The notes below the pieces were generated by a model. The model had not been told where the DNA came from, did no database searches, and saw only the letters and a list, made by a program, of their open reading frames with translations. A DNA stretch of 57,635 nucleotides, the filler included, from Basidiobolus ranarum (Eukaryota), in NCBI GenBank assembly GCA_040143965.1. It is 7 parts of 7 records of this genome, joined end to end, with 100 filler letters (N's around TTAATTAATTAA, not from the genome) between each part and the next. Parts side by side here need not be neighbours in the genome. Positions count along the whole stretch, not along the records: positions 1 to 8,165 come from JASJQH010007882.1; positions 8,266 to 16,427 come from JASJQH010007883.1; 5 more parts are not named here. The stretch is one strand, 5' to 3'. Position 1 is the stretch's first letter; each line of letters starts with the position of its first letter. Made by a program: the position numbers and the translations under genes. This document shows positions 1 through 13,363 of this stretch, in pieces.

Positions 1-1
1 C

Positions 2-688
2 TGGTACGATATCAAGGCTCCTTCCCTCTTCGAAGTTCGCAATGTCGTTAAGACTCTTTTTAACCGTACTCAAGGTCTCAATAACGCCACCGATTACTTA
101 AAGGGCCGTGTTCTCGAAGTCTCCCTTGCTGACTTGAACAAGGATGAAGAGCAATCTTTCCGCAAGATCCGTCTCAGAGTTGATGAAGTTCAAGGCAAGA
201 ACTGCCTTACCAACTTCCACGGCATGACCTTCACCTCCGACAAATTGAGATCCCTTGTTAAGAAGTGGCAATCTCTCATCGAGGCTCACGTCGATGTTAA
301 AACCACCGACGGTTACCTCCTTCGTCTCTTCTCCATTGGTTTCACTCGTAGAAGACCCAACCAACTCAAGAAGACCACTTATGCTCAATCCGCTCAGATC
401 CGTCAAATTCGTAAGAAGATGTTCGAGATCATGACCCGTGAAGCCTCTACCTGTGACCTCAAGTCTTTGGTTCAGAAGTTCATCCCTGAAGTTATCGGTC
501 GTGAGATCGAGAAGGCTTGCCAGGGTATCTATCCTCTCCAAAACGTCTATCTCCACAAAGTGAAGATCCTCAAGGCTCCCAAGTTTGACGTTGGTAAGTT
601 GATGGAACTCCATGGTGACGCTTCTGAAGATTCTGGCGCTAAGATCGCCAAGGAATTCAAGGAACCCCAAGTTTTCACTGATATTTAA
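2..688 (+). CDS. RPS1: 40S ribosomal protein eS1 (S3a), 5'-truncated by contig start
   Basis: Frame from nt 2 reads [14 protein letters not shown]...[13 protein letters not shown]...[23 protein letters not shown]...[11 protein letters not shown]...IYPLQNV...[11 protein letters not shown]; strongly biased codon usage; TAA at 686-688. Confidence 0.97.
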   Translation, partial: WYDIKAPSLFEVRNVVKTLFNRTQGLNNATDYLKGRVLEVSLADLNKDEEQSFRKIRLRVDEVQGKNCLTNFHGMTFTSDKLRSLVKKWQSLIEAHVDVKTTDGYLLRLFSIGFTRRRPNQLKKTTYAQSAQIRQIRKKMFEIMTREASTCDLKSLVQKFIPEVIGREIEKACQGIYPLQNVYLHKVKILKAPKFDVGKLMELHGDASEDSGAKIAKEFKEPQVFTDI

Positions 689-1242
689 GCTTATCAATGT
701 AAACTCCTTTCATTATAATAAACTCCAGATTGACCTCCAGCTAGGACCTGTTTATAGCAAGTGAATTTAATCAATGTTGGTAGTGCCAGTTTAATAGCGC
801 ATCATCATTATAGATACATGTGATGACTACCCCTTAAACTGCCAACTAGTTTAAGCACGCCCATGTGGCTCCTTGCGTCTTAGTGCTCTATATTTCTATA
901 CTACATTAAAACAAACTAGCTGCTCTCGGTGCAATGGCCGAAGGACTGTCTTTGCATCAAAGTCATCCTGAATCCTGTTGTGTCCTGATATACCCCTATC
1001 CTATATTTCATTACAATTTATCTCATTCAACTATCTGGAGACTCATTCACTCCTTCAATAGGTATGATTATTTTCTGTATAAAGTTAACATTCCTCCTAT
1101 TTGATAATCAATTCTAGTACTCTCTGCTTTGGTATTCTCTGCTTCAGCGAAGCTATTTAGTTTTCCGATAGTCTGCTATTGAAATACTCATCTCTTTGTC
1201 GAACCTTTAACCTAAAAATATATCAGTCAAAGTTGGTACAAT

Positions 1243-2456
1243 ATGGCCGACATAGCAGAAAGAATAACCGTTGCCAGAAGAGAGGCTGAACACCTCAAAG
1301 AAAAGATTAAACAGAAGAAGGATAGTTTGGCCGATACTTCACGTAAGTCTTTTGAAGCGTTTACTTTAGTTGATATCACCTTTATCTCTAACTTTTGATT
1401 TCAGTGAAGACCATCGCTGCAGAGCTTGAACCGCTTCCTAGGATAGTAATGAAAGTTCGACGTACGCTCAAGGGACATTTGGCTAAAATCTATGCTATGC
1501 ATTGGGCAAACGATGAACGTCATCTAGTATCAGCTTCCCAAGACGGCAAATTAATAGTATGGGATGCATATACCACAAACAAGGTCCACGCTATCCCTTT
1601 GCGTTCATCTTGGGTCATGACCTGTGCATATGCTCCATCAGGGAATTTTGTAGCCTGTGGAGGCTTAGATAATATTTGTTCCATATATAATTTGAAAACG
1701 AAAGAGGGCGCTGTGAAAGTAGCGCGGGAGTTAAGTGCACATACGGGATATTTGTCGTGTTGTAGATTCTTGAGCGATCGCCAAATTTTGACCAGCTCTG
1801 GAGATATGTCATGTATGTTGTGGGATATCGATGCTGGTGTCAAGTTAATGGAGTTCGTAGATCATAGTGGGGATGTTATGAGGTAAAATTTCCTGATCGT
1901 TTGAGGTTTCTTAGTCGTACACTTAGTGATCAAATATTTAGTTTATCTCTTGCTCCAGAGAAGAACATCTTTGTCTCAGGTGCCTGTGATGCTACAGCCA
2001 AAGTATGGGACATCCGTACTGGTAAATGCGTTCAAACATTTACTGGTCACGAATCCGATATCAACGCTGTTCAATTCTTCCCTAATGGTGATGCATTTGG
2101 GACCGGTTCAGACGATACTACGTGTAGATTATTTGATTTAAGGGCTGATCGTGAATTAAGTCAATACGCACACGATAATATTTTATGTGGGATTACCTCG
2201 GTTGCTTTCTCAGCCTCTGGTAGACTTCTGTTTGCTGGTTATGATGACTTTAATTGCAACGTATGGGATACTATGAGAGGTGACAGAGTAGGTGTATTAG
2301 CAGCCCATGAAAACCGGGTCAGTTGTCTTGGGGTTTCCGCTGACGGGATGGCTTTGTGTACTGGTAGTTGGGATAGTTTACTCAAGGTAACTGGATTTTT
2401 TTTAGGGAATTTTGCATTCATGTTTACTAACCAATTCTTATAAGATCTGGGCTTAA
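1243..2456 (+). CDS. GPB1: Heterotrimeric G-protein beta subunit (WD40); exons 1243-1342, 1405-1882, 1942-2386, 2445-2456
   Basis: [23 protein letters not shown] coiled coil; [43 protein letters not shown]; three GT-AG introns keep the frame. Confidence 0.97.
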
Positions 2457-3103
2457 CTTCTGATTATATGTAATAACTTGTTAATAATATCCGAATTCCT
2501 CTACACCTGAACTCATATTTACCTATATCCACCACTCTGTTCAATCTTCTCTAAATAATACAACCTCTCTATAGCAGTCACTGATAAGTTGGTTTACTCG
2601 ACTATGTATACTTCTATATTAGCCACCCACCACCCCCACTTCACCATTAGTACTTTTACTTCCATCTTTAATGCTGTTGAAACCACGAAATATATTATTA
2701 TTACTGTTGCGATTCAATCTACTGTAATATATACATTATCTTACCTTGAGGTATAAAATATATCCCCCACATCTTTCAAGTCCGGTGTGTATTAAATAGA
2801 GTTACGTTGAGGTCAAATATTTATTGAATTTTCTTTATGGTGAGGTAAGTGATATATTTCCATTCAGTTAAATATCGATAAATGTATTTGATTTTTTAAT
2901 GATACGATTACTAAAGGAAAGTACTTGAGGAGGGGGTCTTTTTTTTCCATTATTTACAAATGGGTTGGGAAATTTCTCCAGAGATTCATTTGTAACTTAC
3001 ACATTTCTATAGATACTCTTTTTTCATGATTTGGTGGTAGATAGGGGGTTTAAGTTTGATTGAATTGACTAACAGATTGTCACGTTGGAATATCCTCGGT
3101 AAT

Positions 3104-6100
3104 CTACCGACGTGAGTGATGTCGACCACTTGCTCCATTACTACTGCTACTATAACGAGGTTGTCCACTTCCACCTCCGCCTCCACTACTACCACCACCA
3201 CCGCTACTACTGCGATGTTGAGACGATTGTTGTTGATGATGAGAGGAGCGACGCGAGTCTCTTGAATGACCACCTGAAGCCTGCTTATTTCTAGATTGCT
3301 GCATCAACTTAAATCCATTAATCAGTGATGTGACATCTGGGTAAGTGGCAGTTCCAAGTTTAAATGCTCCAGGTATAACCTTGACGACCTGGAAGAGAAA
3401 ATTTGTTTAGAGATTTCCAACGGACTGGCGAAGATTTTATAAATCCAAACAATTACTTACCCATTGATGGGGATTTGTTTGGGCATTAAGTTTGAAGGCA
3501 AGATAAAATGACCCAGGTTTCTCAGAGTTCAGACAGAATCCGTAAGCAGATTGGTTGGGATTTGCTTTAGTAGTAGCTTCCAAGAAGTCATCTAGAGTTT
3601 AACAATAAATTAATTCAGTCATTCTAAGAACACATAAACTACACAGTCAACGTTACTCAGTGATTTCAGTGAACCAGTCTTGAACTTTGGATGATTCAAC
3701 ATCTCTTCTACTTTGCGTGCTGTTGCGTCAACATGAGAGACAATCAACTCATCCAAATCGGTATAGGTTGCATCTCCGATCTTCAATACACGGCCAACCG
3801 CGTAATCGTTCTCTTTTTCAAACTCGAGGACATCTTTATCGGGACAACAAGTAAATTAACATTGAAGTTAGCGATTTGTTAATGTTCTAAAAAGTAAAGT
3901 AAACGCCGCAATTACCTATATGCTGAAAGATGTTATCATAAACTTTCCATGTGATGGCTATATGATCATTTCCGCGAGACGAAGGTCTAATCACTACCTC
4001 ACCAAACGATTTAGATGCCAAGTAAGACTCCGCATCTCGTCCTTTCATATTTTTGAACAGAGGATGCTTGATTACCCTATTGTTCAACTGTCTGGCCTGT
4101 TGCTTGGCTACTTGCTTGTTACGCTCCCGTTCTTCCTGGTAAGCATCATATGCTCTATCTCTTCTAGACTTAACAAACTCTTCGTGGCGAACGGTAAGAT
4201 CATATGGATGGCATGAAAGATCAACCATAAACCTTTCTTTGTTCACACTCAACACCATGCATTGGATGGTATCACCCACCGACATAACCTCAGATGGATC
4301 TCTAATCTTCTGTTCTGACATCTTACTGATTGCAATAACTCCCTCTACCCCAGAATCCAATCGACAAAACGCCATTCTATCTCGAATTCGAGCCACTTCA
4401 ACCGGAACGATCATGCCTGGACATAGCGTTTCGTCAGTTTCACCTGTTAACATGGTGAAGATATCATCCTCACTAAGAGAAACGAATGGTCGTCTCTCGT
4501 CATGATATGGGCCCTGAAGCTCCTTTTTGATCGCGTTCAGAATCATTCTCTTGGGTGTATGGAAACGACGTTCAAGTTCATCCGCATAGTCATCAAGAAT
4601 CAAATCATTTAACTTATCCGGTTCATTCTTCATCAATTCTGCAACGTGTTGTGACGCAGTGTCATAGTCACGTAAATCCTCTTCATCAATCTCTAAAGCA
4701 TCAGCCGCCATTTTACGAGCTAATTCATAATCCTGTGGATGGATACGAGTGTCATCTAAAACATCCAGATTTGGGCGAATTCGAAGAAAACTGGCACAAT
4801 TCATGAAGATGGTACGAGTTGCGATTCTTTTGGTGACAAGATCCGCGCGAGATTCTAGATACCCGCCAGTAGATGTAATCCGTTTGAGCAGACTTTGTAC
4901 TTTTCGAGGACCTAGACCACTAACGTATTGCAAGGTATACGACTTGCTAGCAAAGTCCACAGCCTCGTTAATATCGACACCAACACTATTGATAACATTT
5001 ATCAGAGCACGCTCAAGAGTGGTCATCAATCGTTCCTCGGGGAGGAGTCGCTGAAGTGAATGATGTTGGATTGTCAAAATATCCCGTCCTAAAGCTGCGT
5101 ATTCCATCACAGGATTTTGTAACATCCGTGCTAATGAAATGCAATATCTCATAATAGGAGGCAACTCTGGAAACTCCTCTGAACCACGCTTAGATTCTCT
5201 ATAGAGTCTAGCTACCTCATCGTTAACATAACTTACAGCAATCTGATCACCATATTTGCGATGAGTCTCTTCCGCAAGAAGTTGCACTTCTTCAAAAAGC
5301 TTTCGAGTCTGGATATTGTACCCGCCCACAGCTATGACATCCGGTTGACGTTTATCTATGATTCTTAGGAATTGTTCACGGTACTCATCGTCCTTGATGT
5401 TGTCAAGTTTCAAATAATCCGTTAATCGGCCATGGCCATCAATAAAAATACACACAACGGGGTCTGTCTTGATCTCTCCAGCTCCCCAAGAAACTGCTAA
5501 AACACGAGGTAACACATCGTAATCCATTTGTGCCGATCTATATGGTCCAACCTCTAACCTCTACAAATAATGCAACAGAGTTGTTAATAAATTCAGCCAC
5601 CTTCATATCTAATAAGAATGTATAGTACTCTCTGTAGTGAGGCTTGACATTTTTTGGCGATCCAATCTTCGGCATCAGCACGCAACTTCTCCTTCACCCA
5701 TTTTTCAATCATAGGGTGCAACCATTCAGTCAGCGCGTTCTTCAAGATCTGGATTCTGTGTTCATTCCATTGCTGTGCAAACTCGCTATAGTTATCACTG
5801 GTATATGCCTCAGAAAAGGATCGGAAGAACCTATCCTCGTCATCCAAGTGGATAATGACTTTCGTAAGGCCCTCCTCCTCCGATTTCAGAATTTCCACGA
5901 ACTGACCGTCAAAGAAGTCGCGGAATGGTTTGCTTCTCAAATATTTAAATGGCTAAATTATCATGTTAATGAAATTGAAACAAAACGACTAGGTAACTTA
6001 AAAAACACCATACATAATAAGGATGATACTCATCAATTCTAGTTACACCCGTCTCGGTGGGCACCACTGTGATCGATGAGTTGTATTCGTAATAAAGTCT

Positions 6101-8138
6101 CAAAGCCTTACGGACTTGAGGATCGAAGGATATCTGCTGAGCAATCATTGATTTAGCAGCTAAGTGTCAATGGCAATTAGTATCACTCTGAAGTCAATAA
6201 AATCGAAAGAAAAAAAGTAAAACCTTTAAGAACAAGCAATGGGCTACTGAAAGATGCTGAAGTGAATTTAGCAGCCATCTCTTCGACGTGTTCGTGTAAA
6301 TCATCAGGGAAATACTGCCTTGTCCCGTCAGAGAAATTGACGCCAAACTCGTGTGATTTGATACCAAATTTCTGAGCAAATAACATGATTACCAAGATGG
6401 ACTCAAAGAATATTATAATCAGAAATACTAACTTTGGCAAATTCGCTAACAGGCGACTTCTTACATATTTCGTACAAGCTGTGTTTGTTTGGGCGTCTGC
6501 GCCCTTCGCCTTTCTTTGATCGCGCTATTTCAGCACCATAATGCAGATGTACATAATCCATTAAATCATTGACGTGCTCAATTTTATCAGCCTTGCGTAA
6601 CTGGTCCTCAAGGTAATCATCGTGAATATCAATCTTCTCTATAGTAGAACGTAACGCCAATCGCCGCTCCAAAAATGATCGGAACTTGAAGTCCAAATCG
6701 TAAATCTCCCAAAGATCGTCTTTGGTCAAAACATCTACTAAACGGTTCAAGTCTCTATCAAGATGAACAAAATAATCTTGTCGGTGCGTAGCAATGAAGG
6801 GTACTTCTAGGAATTCTTGACTAAGGAACTTTACAATATGCTTCACAGCTTTACCCAAAAGAGAATAGTCCACTGATTTGAAAGGAGCTAAAGTCCGGGC
6901 AATCCAATCAGCCTCCTCCTCGACTTCAATGTCAGTTAAAGGCGTATCTGCGGCAAAACCATAGCGCAACTATAACATAATTTTATAAATCCAGAACAGT
7001 GGGGCCCAACATATTACACTGACAAATACCTGCATTCTTTCTGGAACATCTTTAATTCTAATGTCCTCATCAGCATCCGTAAGCATTCTCTCGATAAGTT
7101 CACTTGGTTCAAATATCTGCATACATTCGATGCCAAATAATAATGTTTTTTTAGATATAAGACGGCTGAATAAACAACTGATACTTTACTAACGTCTTTG
7201 AGCTGTTTCTCTCCTCTAACGCCATCATCAGTTACTTGATCCTAGAGTTAACTCGAGTATTAATATAGGACTCACAGGAAGGAAGACGTGTTAATATTTT
7301 TAAAAACCTTCGAATACATTGCCCATGAGTAGTCTTCTCCATCACCAAATACTTCGTAAATCTCCGCCCAAGCACTAAAAGATAGATTTTAATAATAGAG
7401 AAAGCAAATAATATGAAGGTTTGCAAACTTACTCTTCGCTAATGCCTGATTCCTCGGTGTAAGCAACTCTTTCAGTTCGTTGAACCCTTCGACGATCATC
7501 ACGTTCTTCACGAACTCCTGCTTCCTCATCATCGTCATCGTCGATGAAATCATCAAGATCGTCGTGCTCCCGATGATCATCTAGGTCCTCTTCCTCTTCT
7601 TCATTATCGTCGAAAATTCGAGAAAGGTCATCACCATGATGATCTTCCTCCATTTCTTCCTCGTCTTCATCGCGGCGACCGCGCTTAAGACGTTTTAACT
7701 TTGGCTGATAAAAAAACACGAAAAATTTAGGATAATGTTACAAATCGAAATAAAAGGCAACAATATGTATTAACCTCGGGCCTGCTAACTTTAAGACCAG
7801 TATTCTCCTCTACTAAAGCCAAATCATCTTCATCTAGATCGTCGTCTTCTTGATCTAATGACGTGATATGTTGAGCACATTTTAAATCTCTTGACTGGCT
7901 GTCAATAGTGAAAAGGTATACCTTGTAGGATCTTCTTTCTCTTTTTCTTCTTACGCATTACACGTTCTTCTTCGGGGTCTTCCTCGTCATCGTCTACAAT
8001 GAAACCATCACGATCAGCCTCGGTTTCTTCCTCGTCCTCTTCTTCATCGTCGTCGTCGTCATTGTAGTTTGTAGGCTCCTCTTCTTCGAAATCCAGCGGC
8101 TCTCCACGGCCTTCTGGAGTTTGCTCTCTTGATGACAT
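3104..8138 (-). CDS. SPT6: Transcription elongation factor / histone chaperone Spt6 (multi-exon)
   Basis: Acidic N-terminus (DRDGFIVDDDEE), FLEVPFIATHRQDY, YqgF/HhH region (LQYVSGLGPRK, LDDTRIHPQDYELARKMA), S1 domain, tandem SH2 (RVIKHPLFKN, IRPSSRG, HIAITWKV), Gly/Ser/Arg tail ending at TAG 3104-3106. Confidence 0.96.
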
Positions 8139-8165
8139 ACTTCACTATTCAAGATTTGGTCGAAT

Positions 8166-8265
8166 NNNNNNNNNNNNNNNNNNNNNNNNNNNNNNNNNNN
8201 NNNNNNNNNTTAATTAATTAANNNNNNNNNNNNNNNNNNNNNNNNNNNNNNNNNNNNNNNNNNNN
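8166..8265. other. Artificial contig spacer; identical spacers at 16428-16527, 24685-24784, 32932-33031, 41170-41269 and 49404-49503
   Basis: N44-TTAATTAATTAA-N44, a six-frame stop linker; the flanking contigs are sorted by decreasing length. Confidence 0.99.
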
Positions 8266-8445
8266 TCCTTTTGGGCCAGCAGGCTTTGGCTTGGAAGCCG
8301 ATTTTGACTTAGATTTTGAACGCTTTTTGAATGGCATTGAAATTTTCAGATGGTAAACTTGGTGTAATGAAATTGCTTAGAAACAGCTTATAATAAACCA
8401 AAATTGCCGTCCATTACCGAAAATATCTTGTAAATCCCCTGATGA

Positions 8446-8768
8446 TGAAGCAACAAAAGAAGCAATATGGTTAGCAAAACTCTTAACAAACTTAAGTTAT
8501 TCTAAAAATTGACCAACTATAATATTTCAGAATAATCAAAGTTGTATCTAGTTAGCTAAAAATCAAATATTTCATAATAAAAGCAAGTACATAGATATTA
8601 GACATCACTTCATTAGAGAAACTCTAGAGAATAAGTTTGTTGACTTAACTTATTGTTCTACATAAGACATGATTGCTGATAGATTAACTAAACCATTAGC
8701 TAGACAGAAATTTGAGACATTTAGACCTTCCTTAAATTTGTTTATATGACTATTTAGTTAAGGGAGAG
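8446..8768 (+). mobile_element. Degenerate Ty1/copia RNase H 3' end plus polypurine tract
   Basis: EATKEAIWLAKLL...NQSCI*LAKN..FH.KSKYIDIRHHFIRE...DMIADRLTKPL with stops; PPT TAAGGGAGAG directly before the LTR. Confidence 0.9.
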
Positions 8769-9115
8769 TATGGAAATTAGCATTGCCTAAATACCTATAT
8801 AGTCATATATAGCTTAGTACTTAGTTATCTTATATTTCACTAAGATATTTTCCATTATTCTAAATTGGAATATACTTGGATTATTTTTACCAACTTGGAA
8901 ATTCTTAGATATATAGAATTTTTGACTTGTGCTGGAAGCCTCAAGCTTTGCACACATGTTCCTGGAACCTTCCTTGACACATTCCACACATTAGCTTGTT
9001 TACATCTTGACAAAATTGTAAATGTCAACTTTCTACTCAATAAATCAAAAAGTGAATGCCATCAATTTCTCTAATTCTCCACATCACTTCCAACAGGCTC
9101 CCAAATACTTTAACA
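8769..9115 (+). mobile_element. Copia-family LTR, copy 1
   Basis: TATGGAAATTAGCATTGCCTAA...CAGGCTCCCAAATACTTTAACA; follows a PPT; homologous to seven other copies in the window. Confidence 0.9.
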
Positions 9116-9612
9116 AAAGCAAACATCTAGATATTAGACATCAATTTATCAGAGAGACTATAGAGAATAAGTTGACTTGCTTATTATTCTACAGAAGACA
9201 TGATTGCTAATATATTAACCAAACCATTAGCTAGACAGAAATTTGAGACATTTAGACCTTCCTTAGGATTAGTTTATATGACTATTTAGTTAAGGGAGAG
9301 TGTGGAAACTAGCATTGCCTAAGCATCTATATTGTCATGTGTAGCTTAGTATTTAGCTGACCTATATATCACTACAATATTACCCATTATTCTGAACTGG
9401 AATTTACTTGTATATTTTTACCAACTTAGAAGCTCTAAGATATCCCCAAACTTTGCACAAATGTTTTTGAGACCTTTCTTAATACATTCTACATGTTAGT
9501 TTGCTTACATCCTGACAAAAGTAAAAATGGCAACTTTCTATTTAATAAATCAATATATGAAAACCACCAATTTCTCCAAACCACTTCCAAGAGGCTCCCA
9601 AATACTTTAACA
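9116..9612 (+). mobile_element. Second copia RNase H tail + PPT (9116-9300) + LTR copy 2 (9301-9612)
   Basis: KSKHLDIRHQFIRETIENK..., then TAAGGGAGAG, then TGTGGAAACTAGCATTGCC...CCCAAATACTTTAACA. Confidence 0.88.
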
Positions 9613-11075
9613 ATACAATACCTCAGGATTGAAATGAATACTTGTAATACATCTAAGAGTTATCAGAAAAAAGAAATATTGATATATGGGTTGAAAAATA
9701 CAAAAAACTCTCCAACTTTTAATATGGTCTAGTTATACAAAGAAGTAAGGATTTTTGTTTTCATTTTTAACATAACTATAATTACAGTTTGCAATTCAAT
9801 AAAGAAATTAGTGAAACTCATAGATTTCTTCTTGTCATCTTTAACACTTCAAAATCCTTCCAAGCACCAGCAACATGAAGTTATGTAGTTTTATGCATTT
9901 CAACTCAAATGTCTCATCCACAAAATATGAAGTGTCATAATTAAATGTTACATGTACTCTGAAACACATCAATGTATCATTATTAATGACCTTGATGTCT
10001 ATCATTTGGCAAATAGAATGCATCAAGTCAAGATCAGGTTCCCTTTACAACAAAGGTACAAGCATAGTGCCTAGGTCTTGTCTCCAGAAACATTAGCACA
10101 TCAAATATTAAGACAGTAGGAGACATTTACCGAGGGTAGGACTCATCTATCACTAACTATATTATATTGTAATTGAAATTCGGAATCTAGTTAAAATACC
10201 GAGACATTCATCGATGTTTCCACATTTAAATCATAACCAGATTCATAAATTAAATGACTTTTAAGTGACTGAAACAATTGGTGTCCCGAGTCATACAACA
10301 TGGCATTAACTTCTAATGGACTAAATACTGGATTGTATAACAGGATGATAGCAAATTGTGATGGATGGACCGTGAAGATCCCTGACATCCATAATGTCTC
10401 ACTTTGCTGCTTAATCAATCAACTTCATTAACATAATATGTTTGGAATCCGACTAACTAATGACACCATAAGCCCCTGTAAACCCTTGCAATAGAATCTA
10501 TTAGCTATAAATGTGAAATTATGATTCAACTTGGAAATCATGAATTGAATCAAATCGATTAGTTATACATTCGCTCATCGAGTCACGCAATAGGTATAGT
10601 GACAGAGACAACTGATGTTGTAGAATCCAGCAGTGATTGGCAACAATGCTTTAAATGGGATTGACACTATGATCTATTCTAAATATAGATTCAAGGGTAT
10701 TTTTAGAGCGATGCAATGACAGTCCTTTCCTTAGAATGGAGACTTCCCCGATTTAGGTAAGTATATACATAGTATGCAGAAACTATGGGTGCTTGCATGC
10801 ATACACAATTACCACTAAGACCTGGAGATTCATCAGGCACAGCGATGGACGGAGTGTAAATGTTCTATTTTATAATAAAACTAATGGGTGAAACAGTGGT
10901 GTGAAAGCATGGAAGCGGAAGTAACAGTTATTAATCATTCGAACTGTTAAGATAGATAAAACCGTGAGTCAAATGAGGTGTTGCAAGTATATTAAATGAT
11001 GTCCCAACTTAATTGACTAGAATACTATTGGTGACCATCAGAATCGGTTACTCCATGTAAGATTACATGCAAATT

Positions 11076-13363
11076 CTAAATAGGAACTTTTAACACACTC
11101 AACAAACCTCCTACCAAGTGCAAACTGCCCGAGGTCAAAGCTTGCACCTTCTTATCACTACGTTTAGCATGCTCTTCAATCCATTGGACTGATTCTTCTA
11201 TTGAAGAAAATATATGCGTCTGGCATTCAGTATTGGCGGTCATTTTTCCTACTGACTCCTTCCAGAAATCAGCCAGCACCTGTTGTGGTAGAAGTGATTG
11301 ATCAAATTCAACAGTGAGATTACAAGAATCCGCTAAGCAAGAGAAGAGATTCAAGTTAACCTCGTTGAACATTACGATAAGAGGGAAGAGCCTAATTGGT
11401 ACTTACCATTGGAGGAGACATGACTGTATGGAAGATTTGGGCAAAACAAAACGTGTCTGAAATTTACGTGAGGTTGTAGCTCAGTAAGGATTTTCAATAA
11501 TTTAGTGCCACTACGTCCTTTAGCCCCGTTGAACAAAAGAATCCTCTCAACATTCTTGTCACCTTCTTTAGACGTGTCTTGCTTAAACCAGTCAGCACAA
11601 ATCTGAGAGGATTTCAATAGAATTAGCAATTTAATTACATCTACTGTAAATCTATGGCATTACCTCCATGCTTTCTGCAGTATGAGCGCCATCGACAAAC
11701 CATGCTACATTCGGAATATTTTTTACAGTAAACTTTTGAGCTCTGCCGGGCCATCTGACTTTCTCCAATCCATCTATAAAACTTGTAGGGAGTTCTTCCT
11801 CATTGGCTTGTACGATCAATTCAGGTCTGTTGTGCGAAAGCCACGTGCGACAGAGAGCAATAGATAATGCTGCATTTTCAAATTGATGCTTGCCTGATAA
11901 GCCTATTGTTAGTGAAATAAGTGAGTATAAAATGGAATACATCTAATCATCTAAAGCTACTAGAAGACTGACCTAAGGCTTTGGGGGAATTCTTATATGC
12001 GGAATATGGTTTGACAATGCTGCATACCGCCTAATATATATTATAGGCGTTGGTAAGCTTTAGAAGGAATAGTTTGAGGTTGTTTACCGATTCCTTACCT
12101 TTTTCTCGTTAGCTCTTGTTTGTATCACTTTCATAGCCTCAGGTAATTGAGGAACCGTGAAGACTGGTGTTTCATACTAAATCATCATGTTAAAGTCAGT
12201 CACAGGTGGCAGTATTCAACTTTGACAGTACTAAGAACTGACTTTAATAATCCCGGCCTTATGCCAAGCTATCTCTGGTATTGTTGTGCCAAGGACATTT
12301 TCATGATCGATGCCAATCGCACTGATCCCACAAACCACCGGTTTCTCAATGATATTCGTTGAATCAAATTCACCGCCCACCCCAACCTCCATCAAAGCTA
12401 CATCAACCTTTAAAATGGGTAAGAATAAGCGAAATTTGGCCAGGTAAAAATCACTCAATCTAAACGAACCTTCTCTTGCATGAATACATGAAATGCCAAC
12501 AATGTCAAGTATCGAAAGTATGTAGGACGTAGTGGTTGATTCGGAAGAGCTAGTTCCTAAAGAGACCCATTTGATACGTTAAATTTAAAATAGTTCAACC
12601 ATTTTAACGATATTGTAAGAACCACTCTACTTGAGTTTCCTCTAATCTCTCCCAACATTCATAGAAATATTTGGTAAACAAAGATTTCTCTATTGGCCTA
12701 CCATTGATTCGAATCCTTTCGCGAACTTCTATCAAATGAGGGGAGGTAAAAAGGCCTTGAACACCGGAACGAGAGGTTCACGATTATATTATTGGTTTGA
12801 TAATCAGAGGTTCGAAGTAAAAATAGAATAAATACCTGTCTTGATGGGGGTAGATTTGCCCACTTGGCGAAGAATCGACTCACTTATTGCACAAGTAGAG
12901 CCTTTACCTTTGGTCCCAGTAACATGAACGACATTCAATTGGTTTAGGTCGGGGATCTTAAAGGAATGTTTATAGGTATTTTTGGAAGAGAGATGGGTAC
13001 AAACCGTAACTTACCTTATATCCCACGCGTTCCAAGAAATTTATCATTTCTGGTAAACTTCTATTATTTAATTGCCCTTTCGAGTTACGTATAGCTTCTA
13101 AAGAGGCCGCGTTGGTTTGTAAAGAATTCAAGTCTCCCACAGCATCCTAAAAGAGAAGTCCACTTAAGCAAACTTTCCTTCCAATTGAGCCTTTGAACGG
13201 TCAACACGGTTAAAATAAAAGGAACTTCATATATTACCTCGTAGGTCTTACTACTTTGAGTCATAGTAGAATAAGTATTATACACAAAGTTTCTGAAACG
13301 AAACCCAGTAGTTACTACACTTGAAATACGAAGATTCGAGTTCAACTGGTGAAGGTATGCCAT
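11076..13363 (-). CDS. MET7: Folylpolyglutamate synthase (multi-exon) with probable mitochondrial leader
   Basis: LNSLQTN, VVHVTGTKGKGSTCA, FTSPHLIEVRERIRING, MEVGVGGEFDSTN, IAWHKAGI, WPGRAQ, WFVDGAHTAES, TSGSLHLVGG. Confidence 0.95.

Noticed and set aside
40..100. Four odd residues in RPS1 ([18 protein letters not shown]), each explicable by a G>T or C>A change
   Set aside because: Confined to the first 100 nt of a contig; most likely low-coverage base errors.
98..697. 199-aa antisense ORF over RPS1 (similarly 24729-25118 over RPL5)
   Set aside because: Shadow of strong codon bias in highly expressed genes.
7908..7920. SPT6 intron donor GTATACCTTTT resembling a U12 donor
   Set aside because: Does not match GTATCCTT, and no U12 branch point (TCCTTAAC) is visible.
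8210..8221. TTAATTAATTAA palindrome recurring every ~8.2 kb
   Set aside because: Artificial linker inside N spacers. ORFs running into it and any gene neighbourhood across it are artefacts.
8266..8337. Possible gene start MPFKKRSKSKSKSASKPKPAGPKG on the minus strand
   Set aside because: Only 24 codons before the contig edge; cannot be supported or identified.
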